A stretch of 64,000 bases of DNA from Pristiophorus japonicus (taxonomy: Eukaryota). The notes beneath the pieces were generated by a model. The model did no database searches, had not been told where the DNA came from, and worked only from the letters and a program-made list of their open reading frames with translations. This document shows positions 27,101 through 39,642 of the stretch, one piece after another; position 1 is the first letter of the stretch; every line of letters begins with the position of its first letter. Both the position numbers and the translations under genes were made by a program. Location of the stretch: NCBI RefSeq assembly GCF_044704955.1, contig NW_027252702.1:186001-250000 (forward strand). Direction: 5' to 3'.

Positions 27101-29116
27101 GAAGCTGGATGAGAATTGAGTGAATATAATAAATTGAGTGGCATTAAGAAGAGAAGGAAATGAAATGTACCCTAACTTTAGAGTGGCCAAACAGTTTTTG
27201 CAGAGAGTACTGGCAAGTAGTTTGCGAGTAACTTAGATAGTGTGGTGTTATCAAACTCACAATGAATCTAGTTTTCATACTTTAATATTTACTTTAAATT
27301 GCAGGTTAATTATTGTGCCTGGCTGCTGACAGGCTAGTTGTAACTGGTGTCTTTGTAAAATATATGTGTTTAAGGAACATCTGCTAAGCCACGTGGCAGG
27401 GCGAGAGTTGGCTGAATCTCTTAAATGGGGTGGCTTTCTAATCAAGGTAATGACGGGAATTTGTTGAAAGTGAGAATTCGGTGCAGAGTTAGGACAAGGT
27501 ATTTTAAAACATGGAGCAGCAGTAATTAATCAGAGTAAATCATTTTATCTAACTGGATAATTTGAAATTATATCTGTCTATAACAATATATGTCATAACG
27601 AGGTAGACTTTTAAGAAAACAGCTGGTACCCATTGCCTGCAATAAATGTGGCTTGTGGGATCTCCAGGACGCTACATGTGCCCTGGATAAACAAGTGTGC
27701 ATGTATCGCCTCCAGTTGCACAACATCAAGCTCATTGTTTCTTTGTCAGTGCAGGGAGCACAAGAGGTTGATAGTTTCCTGCAAATTCCAGGAGGTGGCC
27801 ACCCCACAGCTACAGAGACTGCAGGGCTTTATAATTGGATGGACAACCCACAAGGTAGGAAGAGTCCAGTAGAGCAGCAATCCTCCGGGATGGTGACACC
27901 CTCAAACCGCTTTTCAGTGCTGCGTAGCATACAGTATCGGGCACAACCACAGTAATGTGGGGCAAATGAAACACAGGGAGGCACAGCAAAGTGTAGAAAT
28001 GCAGTAGTCATAGGGGATTCTCTCGTCAGGGGACAGGCAGTCGGTTCTGCAACCGCCGACATGAGTCTCCCAAGGTGGATTTGCTCAATTGTGCAAGGGT
28101 AAAGGATATCACTGAAAGGGCGCAGAAATTTCGCAAGGCGAAGGCAGACAGCCAGAAGTAGTGACTGACGACGTAGCTAGAAAAAGGGCTAAGGTCCGAC
28201 AGGCATAGTTTCAGGAGCTAGGGAGGACGTTAAAGAGCAGGACCTGGATTACTCCCAGTGCCACGGGCTAGTGAGTATAGCAGCACCAAGATAAAACTAG
28301 TTTAACGTGCGGCTGGAGAAATTGTGCAGGAGAGAGGTCTTCATATTCCTGGAGCATGGGGATCAGTTCTGGTGCAGGAATAACTTGCAAAATATGGAAG
28401 GGCTTTACATCCAATTGGGCCGGGACCAATGATCTCGCAGTGATGTTTACTAGTGCTGTGGGAGAGGTTTACGCTAATATGGCAGGGGTGGTGCAGCAGG
28501 ATAGAGGACTGGTGGGAAGATATGACGGGCACGGAGAACGTGAATCGGTAAACACAATTGGAATAAAGAGTACTTTAGAAATAGGAGGGTTCAGACCGGG
28601 GAAATGCAAATCAGTGTAAAGTGGTTTTGGAGTGCATGTGTGTAATTTCCCGTAAATTGGTGAATAAAGTTGGGGAGCTGCAGGCACAAGTTGCCACATG
28701 GGATTATGGTACAGTATATTGTCAATAACGGAGACATGGCTCAAATAAGGGAAGGAATGGCCCCATTATGTTGCTGTGCGCTATGCATTAGCAAAACATA
28801 CAGAAGGAAAACGATGGAAGTGTGGAAATATTGATCAAAGATACTGTTACAGCATTAGAACTGGATGGCGTACTTGAGGATTCCAGGACAGAATTGTTTG
28901 ATTAGAATTATGGAACAAAAGAGGAGCCTTTTCCCTTGCAGGTGTTAAGTACAGGCCACCAAATAGTGGGAATGAAATAGAGGAGCGAATTTTCACGCAA
29001 CACTATAAAGTAGTGATAATAGGGAACTTAAATGTTGCTAATACAGACTGGGACAATAACAGTGTAAAGGGAGTATTTCCTGAAAAATTTAGAGGAGAAT
29101 TTTCTTGGTCAGATTG

Positions 29117-31659
29117 GTCAGGAGGGCATCAAACAGGAAATTAGGGGTGCATGCAATAAAGGTGCGGCAGTTATCATGGGTGACTTTAATATGCATATAA
29201 ATTGGGCGAACCAAACTGGAAACAATACGGTGGAGGAGGATTTCCTGGAGTGCATAAGGGAAGGTTTTCCAGACCAATACGCCGAGGAACCAACTAGGGG
29301 GGAGGCTATCTTAGACTGGGTGTTGTGTAATGAGAGAGGATTAATTAGCAATCTCGTTGTGCGAGGTCCCTTGGGAAAGAGTGACCATAATATGGTGGAA
29401 TTCTACATTAGGATTCAGAGACCATGTTCCAAAACATAAAGAAGGGAAACTTTGAAGGTATGAGGCGTGAATTGGCTAAGATAGATTGGCGAATGATACT
29501 TAAGGGATTGACAGTGGATGGGCAATGGCAGACATTTAGAGACCACATGGATGAACTACCAGAAATGTACATCCCTGTCTGGCATAAAAATAAAAATGGG
29601 AAGGTGGCTCAACCGTGGCTATCAAGGGAAATCAGGGATAGTATTAAAGCCAAGGAAATGGCATACAAATTGGCCAGAAATAGCTGCGAACCAGGGGACT
29701 GGGAGAAATTTAGAACTCAGAAGAGGAGCACAAAGCGTTTGATTAAGGCAGGGCAAATAGAGTACGAGAGGAAGCTTGCAGGAAACATTAAAATGGACTG
29801 CAAAAGCTTCTATAGATATGTAAAGAGAAAAAGGTTAGTAAAGAAAAACGTAGGTCCCCTGCAGTCAGAATCAGGAGAAGTCATAACTGGGAACAAAAAA
29901 ATGACAGACCAATTGAACAAGTACTTTGGTTCGGTATTCACTGAGGAGGACACAAACAACGATCCGGATATAAAACGGGTCAGAGGGTCTAGTAAGAAGG
30001 AGGAACTGAGGGAAATCCTTATTAGTCGGCAAATTGTGTTGGGGAAATTGATGGGATTGAAGGACGATAAATCACCAGGGCCTGAAGCTCGGCATCCCAG
30101 AGTACTGAAAGAGGTGGCCTTGGAAATAACGGATGCATTGACAGTCATTTTCCAACATTCCATTGACTCTGGATCAGTTCCTATGGAGTGAAGGGTAGCC
30201 AATGTAATCCCACTTTTTAAAAAAGGAGGAAGAGAGTAAACAGGGAATTAGACTCCGGTCAGTCTGACATCGGTAGTGGGTAAAATGATGGAATCAATTA
30301 TTAAGGATATCAGAGCAGCGCAATTGGAAAGAGGTGACATGATAGTTCCAAGTCAGCATGGATTTGTGAAAGGGAAATCATGCTTGACAAATCTTCTGGA
30401 ATTTTTTGAGGATGTTTCCAGTAGAGTGGACAAGGGAGAACCAGTTGATGTGGTGTATTTGGAATTTCAGAAGGCTTTCGACAAGGTCCCACACAAGAGA
30501 TTAAATTGCAAAGTAAAAGCACATGTGATTGGGTGTAGTGCACTGACGTGGATTGAGAACTGGTTGTCAGACAGGAAGCAAAGAGTAGAAGTAAATGAGT
30601 GCTTTTCAGAATGGCAGGCAGTGACTAGTGGGGTACCGCAAGGTTCTGTGCTGGGGCCCCAGCTGTTTACATTGTACATTAATGAATTAGACGAGGGGAT
30701 TAAATGTAGTATCTCCAAATTTGCGGATGACACTAAGTTGGGTGGCAGTGTGAGCTGCGAGGAGGATGCTATGAGGCTGCAGAGTGACTTGGATAGGTTA
30801 GGTGAGTGGGCAAATGCATGGCAGATGAAGTATAATGTGGATAAATGTGAGGTTATCCACTTTGGTGGTAAAAACAGAGAGATAGACTATTATCTGAATG
30901 GTGACAGATTAGAAAAAGGGGAGGTGCAACGAGACATGGGTGTCATGGTACATCAGTCACTGAAGGTTGGCATGCAGGTACAGCAGGCGGTTAAGAAAGC
31001 AAATGGCATGTTGGCCTTCATAACGAGGGGATTTGAGTACAGGGGCAGGGAGGTGTTACTACAGTTGTACAGGGCCTTGGTGAGGCCACAGCTGGAGTAT
31101 TGTGTACAGTTTTGGTCTCCTAACTTGAGGAAGGACATTCTTGCTATTGAGGGAGCGCAGCGAAGGTTCACCAGACTGATTCCCGGGATGGCGTTGACTG
31201 ACATATCAAGAAAGAATGGATCAACTGGGCTTGTATTCACTGGAGTTCAGAAGAAGAGAGGGGTTCTCATAGAAACGTTTAAAATTCTGACGGGTTTAGA
31301 CAGGTTAGATGCAGCAAGAATGTTCCTAATGTTGGGTAAGTCCAGAACCAGGGGTCACAGACTAAGGATAAGGGGTAAGCCATTTAGGACCGAGATGAGG
31401 AGAAACTTCTTCACCCAGAGAGTGGTGAACCTGTGGAATTCTCTACTACAGAAAGTTGTTGAGGCCAATTCACTAAATATATTCAAAAAGGAGTTAGATG
31501 TAGTCCTTACTATTAGGGGAATCAAGGGGTATGGCGAGAAAGCAGGAATGGGGTACTGAAGTTGCATGTTTAGCCATGAACTCATTGAATGGCGGTGCAT
31601 GCTCAAAGGGCCGAATGGCCTACTCCTGCACCTATTTTCTATGTTGCTGTGTTTCTATG
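29117..31659 (+). mobile_element. Younger CR1 LINE ORF2 (best-preserved copy; 427-aa RT ORF at 30276-31559)
   Basis: [56 protein letters not shown]; internal stops and frameshifts. Confidence 0.93.
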
Positions 31660-31944
31660 ATTCCAGCCCAACAAGGTTGGAAGCAATGCGGAATCTGTTA
31701 CCGGGGCATGGAATGGGGCGAATGCAGTATTATTCAGACAGAAAGCATTTAGGAAACAGAGATAACAATCTTATTAGGGGTAAAGTAGTTATGGAAATGG
31801 ACACAGAACAATCAAGGAAGAAAATATTCAACTTGTGGAGGGTTAAAATCAGTGATTTTAATGGGATCGGGTCCAGGTGGACTGGAATGAAAGACTGACA
31901 GGTAAATCAGTAACTCAGCAAGGGAAGGCATTCAAATAGCAGGC

Positions 31945-32968
31945 AGCAAATGGTGGGGTGCCGCAGGGCTCAGTGCAGGGACCCCAGCTATTTACAATAT
32001 ACATTCATTATTTCGATGAAGGAATTGAGTGTAAAATCTCCACGTTTGCGGATGATACTAGGCTGGGTGGCGGTGTGAGCTGTGAGGAGGATGCTAAGAG
32101 GCTGCAAGGTGACTTGGACAGGTTAGGTGAGTGGGCAAATACATGGAAGATGCAGTATAATGTGGATAAATGTGAGGTTATCCACTTTGGGGGCAAAAGC
32201 ACGAAGACAGAGTATTATCTGAATGGTAGCAGATTAGGAAAAGTGGAGGTGCAACGAGACCTGGGTGTCATGGTTCATCAGTCATTGAAAGTTGGCATGC
32301 AGGTACAGCAGCCGGTGAAGAAGGCAAATGGTATGTTGGCCTTCATAGCTCGGGGAGTTGAGTGTCGGAGCAGGGAGATCTTATTACAATTGTATAGGGC
32401 CTTGGTGAGGGCTCACCTGGAATATTGTGTTCAGTTTTGGTCTCCTAATCTGAGGAAGGACGTTCTTGCTATTGAGGGAGTGCAGCGACATTTCATGAGA
32501 CTGATTCCCGGGATGGCAGGACTAACACCTGAGGAGAGACTGGATCAACTAGGCTTATATTCACTGGAGTTTAGAAGGATGAGAGGGGATCTCATAGAAA
32601 TATACAAAATTCTGATGGGTTAGATGCGGGAATAATGTTCCTGATGTTGGGGAAGCCCAGAACCAGGGAACAAATTCTAAAGATAATGGGTAGGCCATTT
32701 AGGACTGAGATGAGGAAAATCTTCTTCACTCAGAGAGTTGTTAACCTGTAGAATTCTCTTCCGCAGAGAATCGTTGATGCCAGTTCATTGGATATATTCA
32801 AGAGGGAGTTAGATATGGCCCTTACAGCTAAAGGGATCAAGGAGTCTGGAAGAAAGCAGGAAAGGGGTACTGAGGGAATGATCAGCCACGATCTTATTGA
32901 ATGGTGGTGCAGGCTCGAAGGGCCGAATGGCCTATCCTGCACCTATTTTCTATGTTTCTATGTTTCTA
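31945..32968 (+). mobile_element. 5'-truncated CR1 (RT C-terminus + 3' UTR)
   Basis: ORF 31958-32623 PQGSVQGP...FADDT...EYCVQFW; tttctatgtttctatg tail. Confidence 0.9.
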
Positions 32969-35204
32969 TTCGATAATATAGGTACAGACTCGAAACATTT
33001 CCACGAGGCGGAATGGAGCTTCATCAAAAGCTAGAGCTATGTTGATGACTAAAGATATTGAGATTAAAATGAAGCATAAAAATGAGACTTTGATAAATAT
33101 TGGAGTTAAAATTCAGTCGAGGAACAGACTGAATATTAAATGTACAGTTGGAACGTGAAACAGGAACTGAAAGGGGCAAAGATTGTGTCTGAGAAAACAT
33201 TAGCAGCTGATGTAAAAGCGATGTCATAATCATTTATAATCATAAATACTACAAGGGTAGTCAAAGGATGGGTGGGGCCGATTAGCGACAACATTGGACA
33301 TCTTCTTGTGGAGTCGGATGGGATGGCAGAGGACAAAAAATGAGTACGTTGCATGTCTTCACTAAAGTGGAAGGTGCTGCCAATTTTACAGTAAATGAGG
33401 GGGTAGTAGATAAATTGGATAGGATAAAAGTAGATAAATTGGAACTACTTAAAATGTTAGCATTCCTCAAGGTGGAAACATGACCCAGTACTGATGGGAC
33501 ATATCCTATTTTGGTGAGAGATGTAAGAATGGAAATTGCAGAGCATCTGGCCACAATTGTCCAATGCTCCTTCGCTGTGATAGTGCCAGAGGACTGGAGG
33601 ATTATCATGTTACACCCTTTTCCAAAAAGGGGAGAAGGAAAAAACAGGCAACGATAGGCCAATCAGCCTAACGATCCGGTGGGAAAACTTTTAGAGACCG
33701 TATTCTGGGAAAAAAGTAATTGGTGTTTAGAAAATATGGGATAAAAAATGAACGCCAGCGCGGATTTGTTAAAGACAAATCATCTTTGAGTAACTTGATG
33801 GATCACGTTGATGATGTAAAGGTGTGGATGATGAAGATGGTGCGGGTGATGTGTTCTTCATGGATTTTCAAAAGAAGTTTCCTAAGGTACAAATAATAGA
33901 TTTGCAAGCAACATTGAAGCTCATGAAATTAAAGGCGCCATAGCTACATAGATATGGCCTTGGCCAATGGATATAAAACAGAGAGTAGTGGTGAACGCCT
34001 GTGTTAAGACAGTAGAGAAGCGTGCAGTAGTGTCTCCTAGAGGCCGATGTTGGAACTATTGCACTTTTTGTTATTGATTGCTTTGATTTAGAAATATATA
34101 TATATCTATTTGTATATTATTAACGTGGTTGCTGAGAGAAGTAAGGATGGAAAGTGCAAAGCATCTGGGTATAGAAAGAATAATTTCAAAGTTTGTAGAT
34201 GAGACGAAACGTGGATATGTAATAAACGGTAAGGAGGTTAATAACAGATTTCAAGAAGAATTAGACAGACTGCTGAAATGAGCAGACAAGGCAATGCAGT
34301 TCGAGTGATACATTGTGGTATGACGCATGAGAAGATGCGATCTAAACTAAATGGTACACTGTTAAAGGAAGAGAGACAACTAGGGTGTATGCACACGGGT
34401 CTTTAAATGTGTCAGAAAATCTTGAGAAGCCGCTTAAAAGGCACAAGGGTCCTTGGCTTTTTAAATAGAAGGGAAGAGAACCAAAGCATGTGAGATACGC
34501 TAAACCTTTATGAAACAGCAGGGGTTTATGACCAATTGTGGACACCACACTTGAGTATCCATGTCACGGCCTTAGAGAGGGTTGCCTGTCGATGTACTAG
34601 ATTGCTAACATAAATGAAAGAAGTCAGTTATGTGGAAAGACTTGGAACTGCGTTTGTTATCCTAAGGGCAGTGGAGATTAATGGGATATTGATCGAGAAA
34701 TAATTCAGGAGAAACTGTTTCCAGTGGCAGAATGGTCGGTAAGCAGAGGACACAGATTTAAAGTAATTGGCAAAATAAGCAGATTTGAAATGAAAAAGGG
34801 AATTGCATAAATATTTGACAGGTAAAAATGCCAGGCTATGGGGAAAGAGCAGGACACTGGGATAAATTGTATAACTCTTTCCGGCACAGGCAGGTTGGCC
34901 CGAATGGTGTGCTTTTTGACTGTATCGGTCCAGCATTTTATGATTCTCGGATTGACTACATTTGGACAGAATCATAGTAACATACCAGTCCCTAAATTAA
35001 AGGTTTGCAGTATGTCCTTCTGTTTATATAATACTTTGATTTTATATCACTATTTATAGTTAAGTAGAAAAAACGCAATTGTGGATGCAGAGAAGTAGCT
35101 CTCCTCGGAGCTGATCTTCAGAACAGGCTGATTCTATGTGAGATGCAATGCTGAGCTTCGACAGCGCCACAAGTGGCGGGAGGGTGTCGTTATAGCGGGG
35201 CAAG

Positions 35205-35532
35205 TTTAAACAAGATAACATAAATACTAGCTTTTATATAGCGCCTTTTACGACCACCAGACCTCTCAAAGCACCTTTCAGCCACTGAAGTACTTTGAAC
35301 TTTATAGTCACTGTTGGAATGTGTGAAACGCGGCAGACAAATTGGCAATGCAGAAAGCAAGCCCATGCAGTGGAAGGAGCCTGAAGGAGACCAGACGCCA
35401 ATTTCCTTCAACCACTGTCTGCCCCACCTCTGACAGAGACTGTAATTCACGGAATGGAGTGTACAGTCACCTGAGAACTCACTTTTGGAATGAAAGCAAG
35501 TCTTCCTCGATTTCGAGGGCCTGACTCTGATG
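35205..35532. mobile_element. SINE tail (minus) joined to an RTE-like LINE 3' end (plus)
   Basis: ctttttatatagcgcctttt...aagtactttgaa, then cacctgagaactcacttttggaatgaaagcaagtcttcctcgatttcgagg. Confidence 0.5.
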
Positions 35533-35608
35533 TGGATATACTGAAATAAACAGTCAAATTTCGAATGAAATTTCACAAATTCACTCTGCTATTGAAGGTC
35601 GGTTTTAC

Positions 35609-35766
35609 CTTGTGGAACGTTACACATGTGCTATACACAATACTGAGAATAAACAGGATCACCAGAGCGATCACTGTTGAAGCGGTGCTGCCGTTCTCAT
35701 CGAAGTTTTCTGATCCATCTTCCTCTACCACGTGGTCTCCTGGGTCTTCCCTTATTGGAGGGATTT
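35609..35766 (-). CDS. IgNAR: IgNAR transmembrane exon TM1 (acidic spacer + CART-like TM helix)
   Basis: ttctag|AA ATC acceptor in phase 1; EIPPIREDPGDHVVEEDGSENFDENGSTASTVIALVILFILSIVYSTCVTFHK; AAG|gtaaaa donor; LFxLSxxYS motif of membrane Ig. Confidence 0.9.
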
Positions 35767-35929
35767 CTAGAATGTAAAGATGGATATTGTTATAAATGTG
35801 TTCAGGTTGAAAACATAATAGATACAAAGCTGATGCAACAACACGGACCTGGCTGTCGCGAGGAACACGGAGCATGACAGGTTGTACTGAGGCAACTTGA
35901 AAATGTAATTCATACATTAACCAGCCCGA

Positions 35930-36095
35930 TGTTAATGGGATTTTAACTGATAAGGGAATAAGAGGTTATGGGGAGCGGGCAGGCAAGTGTAGCTGTTTCC
36001 ATGATCAGATCAGCCATGATCTTATTGAATGGCAGTACAGGCTCGAGGGGCCATAAGTCCAACATGCTCATATTTCTTATGTTCCTATGTTTTAT
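35930..36095 (+). mobile_element. CR1 3'-end fragment
   Basis: gataagggaataagaggttatggggagcgg...ttcttatgttcctatg. Confidence 0.75.
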
Positions 36096-37169
36096 GTGGG
36101 TGAAAGTGATTCTCAGGGCAATGGGGAGAGACTAGGTTGTGTGATGACAGTAGCGATCAGAGTATACATGGCAGAGGATTGAGTTTCTGCAACACATTTA
36201 TCCAACATTTTTACCATTACGGAGAAAAGGCTTCATGATGCTGACAAGCGCGTTTGATTCAATATCATTTCTCACCGGGCAGCTGACAACAAAGATAATG
36301 ACACTATATGTAAAGGAGTGAAATTTTTATCAGGAAAGTAGACTGATTATAGGATCAAATCCCTTGCGGTTCACCTTCTAAACTGATATAAATAAATCCG
36401 GGGAGGGTCATATTTCGGGCTCAAGATTTACCTCTCTTTGATCAGCGCACTTTGTGTTGGACTGTGAAAACCTATCGAGATTTTGCAACAAAGGTATCTC
36501 GCGGACACAGGCAAGTTGTGTGATGCGATTTCAATGGGTGGCAGTATTTTAAATTATCACATAGGCAGAGCGTTAGACCCGCCTCACTGTCATTAGGATT
36601 AGGTGTGACTCACGTTGATGGCGCTGCCATACACTTAGCTGTTGGGTTACTCTACTATTCTCTGTTACACCAATTATTATGATTTTTTGGAAACTATAAC
36701 ACGTGGTTTGGTATATTCCTGTATGGTGCCTCGAGATTTCTCCAATAGATACACGAGAGCCCTGAATTATCGGTGGCAGGATTCCGGTGGGGAAATGTGT
36801 CGGATCCGAAAATAAAATGCCCCTCTACCTGTTGGTCCGGGAGGTATGGAGATTCCGGGTCCTGGGCCGCCCCGGGTACCCGCGGGGAGAGGCTCAAGTT
36901 TCCCAGGACCGCAGCAGATTCGCAAACGTCCCTAGGATCATTATCCGCCCAACCAATAAAAGATGGGAATCCCCATACATGCTTATACCGTATGTATGGA
37001 TGGAAATAACCTTAAAATACGTCTACACTTCAACTAAAAAAGACACATATTTAAAATTAATTTAAATTGAATGTAATTGAATGTAATTGAATATTTTTAG
37101 AAAAAATTTGTTTTGAAAAATAAATCTGCATGTTTTAAAGGGGCTGAAAAAAACGTTACTTGTTGTGTT

Positions 37170-37890
37170 GCCAGGACCGGGAGCCAAAGTAGGTCCCCGA
37201 GCACAGAGTTGATGGGTGAACAGGACTTGGTGCCAGATAAGATATAGGTAGCAGAGTTTTGGATCAACTCAAGTTGATGGAGGGTGGAAATTGGGAGGCT
37301 GGTGTGTAGAATATTGGAGTAGTCAGTTCCCGAGATAAACAAGGCACGCCTGTGAATTTCAGCAGCAGATGATCTGTGACTGGGCAATATTACTGAGGTA
37401 GAAGTAGATGGTAATGGTGATTGGGAGGATATGGATTCGGAATCCAAGCTCAGGGCCAGTTATGTTGTCAGGGTTCCAAACTGTCTGATTCAGGCTGCGA
37501 CAAAGTTCAGAGAGAGAGTAGTCCGTGATTAGGAAATTGAATTTGTGGCGAGGTCCGAAGAACATGTCTTCGTTCTGCCCAGTATTTAAAGACAAAATCA
37601 ATTCTGCTCATCCTGTATCAGTTAGCGTCAGAAATCAGAGGCAGTGCATGGGTTCAGAGGTGGTGGTGAGATAGAGCTTGGTGTTTTCAGTGTACTTGTG
37701 GTATCTGATGTTTCATGATGTCACCGAGGGGCAGCATGTAATGAAAGAGGAGGGTACTAAAGATAGATCCTTGAGGGACACCAGAGGTAACGGTGAGGGA
37801 GACGGAAGAGACACCAATGAAGGAGATTATCTGCCTACCAATGGCTAAGTAAGTGGCAATCGCCAGTCTTATTGCATAGTTGACATTGTA
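37170..37890 (-). mobile_element. Decayed L2-type LINE RT/C-terminal fragment in the secretory-TM1 intron
   Basis: GVPQGSIFSTLLFHYMLPLG (ORF 37687) and LHQLELIQNSA...LLWLPV (ORF 37097), typical of L2 ORF2. Confidence 0.7.
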
Positions 37891-38172
37891 ATGGGCAGCA
37901 GGATAATCGTTCACCTTTATTCATTCCTTTCTACAAATGGACATCTCATTGGCCAATTGCACACCACATGAGCTCTGTAAGCTTCCAAGAACGGTGAGGA
38001 TCAGTGTAAGCTGATTCAAAGTACCAGTATTGTCTCCACAAAGTGGGGCAAAGGGAACGTGCTGCACAGGCGGAATATTACACAATGGTTCAACATGTGT
38101 CTGGATCAAGTTGTAAATCATCATCACGAAGATCACACGCATATAACCAAAAATGCGGGAAGACAGATGGTT

Positions 38173-38189
38173 TTTATTCTGCTTTTATT
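38173..38189 (-). terminator. Tandem AATAAA polyadenylation signals for the secretory transcript
   Basis: Plus-strand tttatt at 38173-38178 and 38184-38189, ~330 nt after the secretory stop. Confidence 0.65.
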
Positions 38190-38516
38190 ACAAGAAGCGG
38201 AGCCACCTACAGACTTCAGCTCAATTTCATATTTATCCAACAACATCACGCAACCCTTCAAGGGATCTTCAGAAATATTGCAGCTTTGTTATAAAACGGC
38301 ACTAAGGTTATTCATGGTTATCGGATTTCAACCACAATTATGCAACATTGAGGGATATAGTTTGACATATTAGCGAAATACATCATCAATTGTTAGCTGA
38401 TCTGGAGGGTGACAGTGACGGAGGGTAAATGGGAGATTCGCTGACTCAAACACAAACAATGATGAACATCACAGCAGCAACACTTCTATAGCAAATATCC
38501 ACTCAACCACGGGTGG

Positions 38517-38899
38517 TTATGTACACGATGTAAAACTGTCGGTTAGAACAAGTGAAACGTTAACTAAAGTAGGTTTACCGTGAGATTTATTGATACTTCT
38601 GATTAAATTCATTTTGAGGGACGGGTGTCCCACTAAGCAGGAGTAAGTGTCGCCGCTGTTCCACTCCGCCGCGGCCAGCCTTAGCCTGCTGCCAATGGAG
38701 CTGGAACCGGGTTTATTCTCCATGTCCGGTTGGCTCGGGGAAGCTGAATCCAAAAGGGTGTCATTGACCATCCAAGCGATGTAAATCTCAGCAGGGTAAA
38801 AACCGCTGGCCAGGCACACCAGTGTAGCCGTCTTCTCAGTGTCAATCTCGTCTGGTGATGGAGGCAGCACGTAGACCTTAGGACGGTGCATTTCACCAA
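38517..38899 (-). CDS. IgNAR: IgNAR C5 domain + secretory tail (internal TM donor after 38579)
   Basis: ttgcag|TT GGT acceptor; VGEMHRPKVYVLPPSPDE...LVC...GFYP...W...YSCLVGHPSL; tail GKPTLVNVSLVLTDSFTSCT* with NVS sequon and penultimate Cys; CAC G|gtaaac donor. Confidence 0.95.
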
Positions 38900-39324
38900 C
38901 TGCAAAGAGAGCAATATTTATTAAACTGAGTGTATCCCTTGTCCGCTCTTCTCTTCCCGTCTCCCTCTTCCAGTGAAACTCCGCATTTGGGCATTTGGAG
39001 CCGTGTCCTATCTGTGAGAGTTTACACATTTCTCTGCCTGGTCCGGGGTGTCTTTAATGGGCTCTCATTGGTAGATTTATTGTGGTATGATGTTAGTTTG
39101 CAAAGGGTTGAAGACAGTCACCAATTTAGAAAATACTATCAGTGTTGGGACGCAACATGTTCAAACCCCTCATATTTCTCATTCTACTCTGTACCCGTGT
39201 GGTGAATAGCAGGAACCCAGGCTATATATCACTGACTAAAGGAGAATTTACAATAGACAGCGGATGAATCGTACCGACCAATGATCATCGGATCAGTATG
39301 CCAACGAGTATTATCTGTGCTTAC

Positions 39325-39642
39325 CCTTTGTTTTCCTGGTGGAGATTTTCACTGGAGTCGGCAATTCTCTGTCCTCTACGAAGCACAGATATTCAACCCC
39401 ACTGTCCCACTCGGCCGCGGAGACTTTCAGTTTGCTAACGATGGCGGATTTACTTCCGCTCCACTCTGGAGTTAGAGTCTCTACTCCTTCCGTTCTCCAC
39501 CTGCCTCCCACTTGCCAGGACACACGGACGTTTTCTAAATCGCTGAACACGACTTCACACACAATGGTCGCTGTCTGCTGGGTCCAAATCTCTTCAAAGA
39601 CAGGGTTCAGTATCTTTACAGAAATGCCTGCCTCATGACAAT
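39325..39642 (-). CDS. IgNAR: IgNAR C4 domain exon
   Basis: ttctag|AT TGT acceptor; DCHEAGISVKILNPVFEEIWTQQTATIVCEVVFSDLENVRVSW...EYLCFVEDRELPTPVK; G|gtaag donor; the N-terminal Cys is the likely interchain bond. Confidence 0.95.

Larger units (their letters stand above)
27600..34945 (+). mobile_element. Old near-full-length CR1 (ORF1 remnant + ORF2), split by two younger CR1 insertions
   Basis: ORF1-like Cys motif (ORF 27653) and esterase-like AVVIGDSLVRG (gcagtagtcataggggattctctcgtcaggg, ~28000). Endonuclease remnant at 28650-29110 resumes at 31660-31940 and 32968-34945, ending in a 3' UTR. Confidence 0.7.

Noticed and set aside
30276-31559. 427-aa RT ORF as an active retrotransposon or host gene
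   Set aside because: The element is 5'-truncated, with stops and frameshifts upstream and a frameshifted patch within the ORF.
27156-33172. Ets-IRF motifs at 27156 and 33163 and an octamer near 28604 as a 3' enhancer
   Set aside because: Isolated short matches, mostly within CR1-derived DNA, at chance-level frequency.
35163-35179. Palindromic CGCCAC-AA-GTGGCG as a CTCF site
   Set aside because: One base short of the core spacing on either strand; too weak to call.
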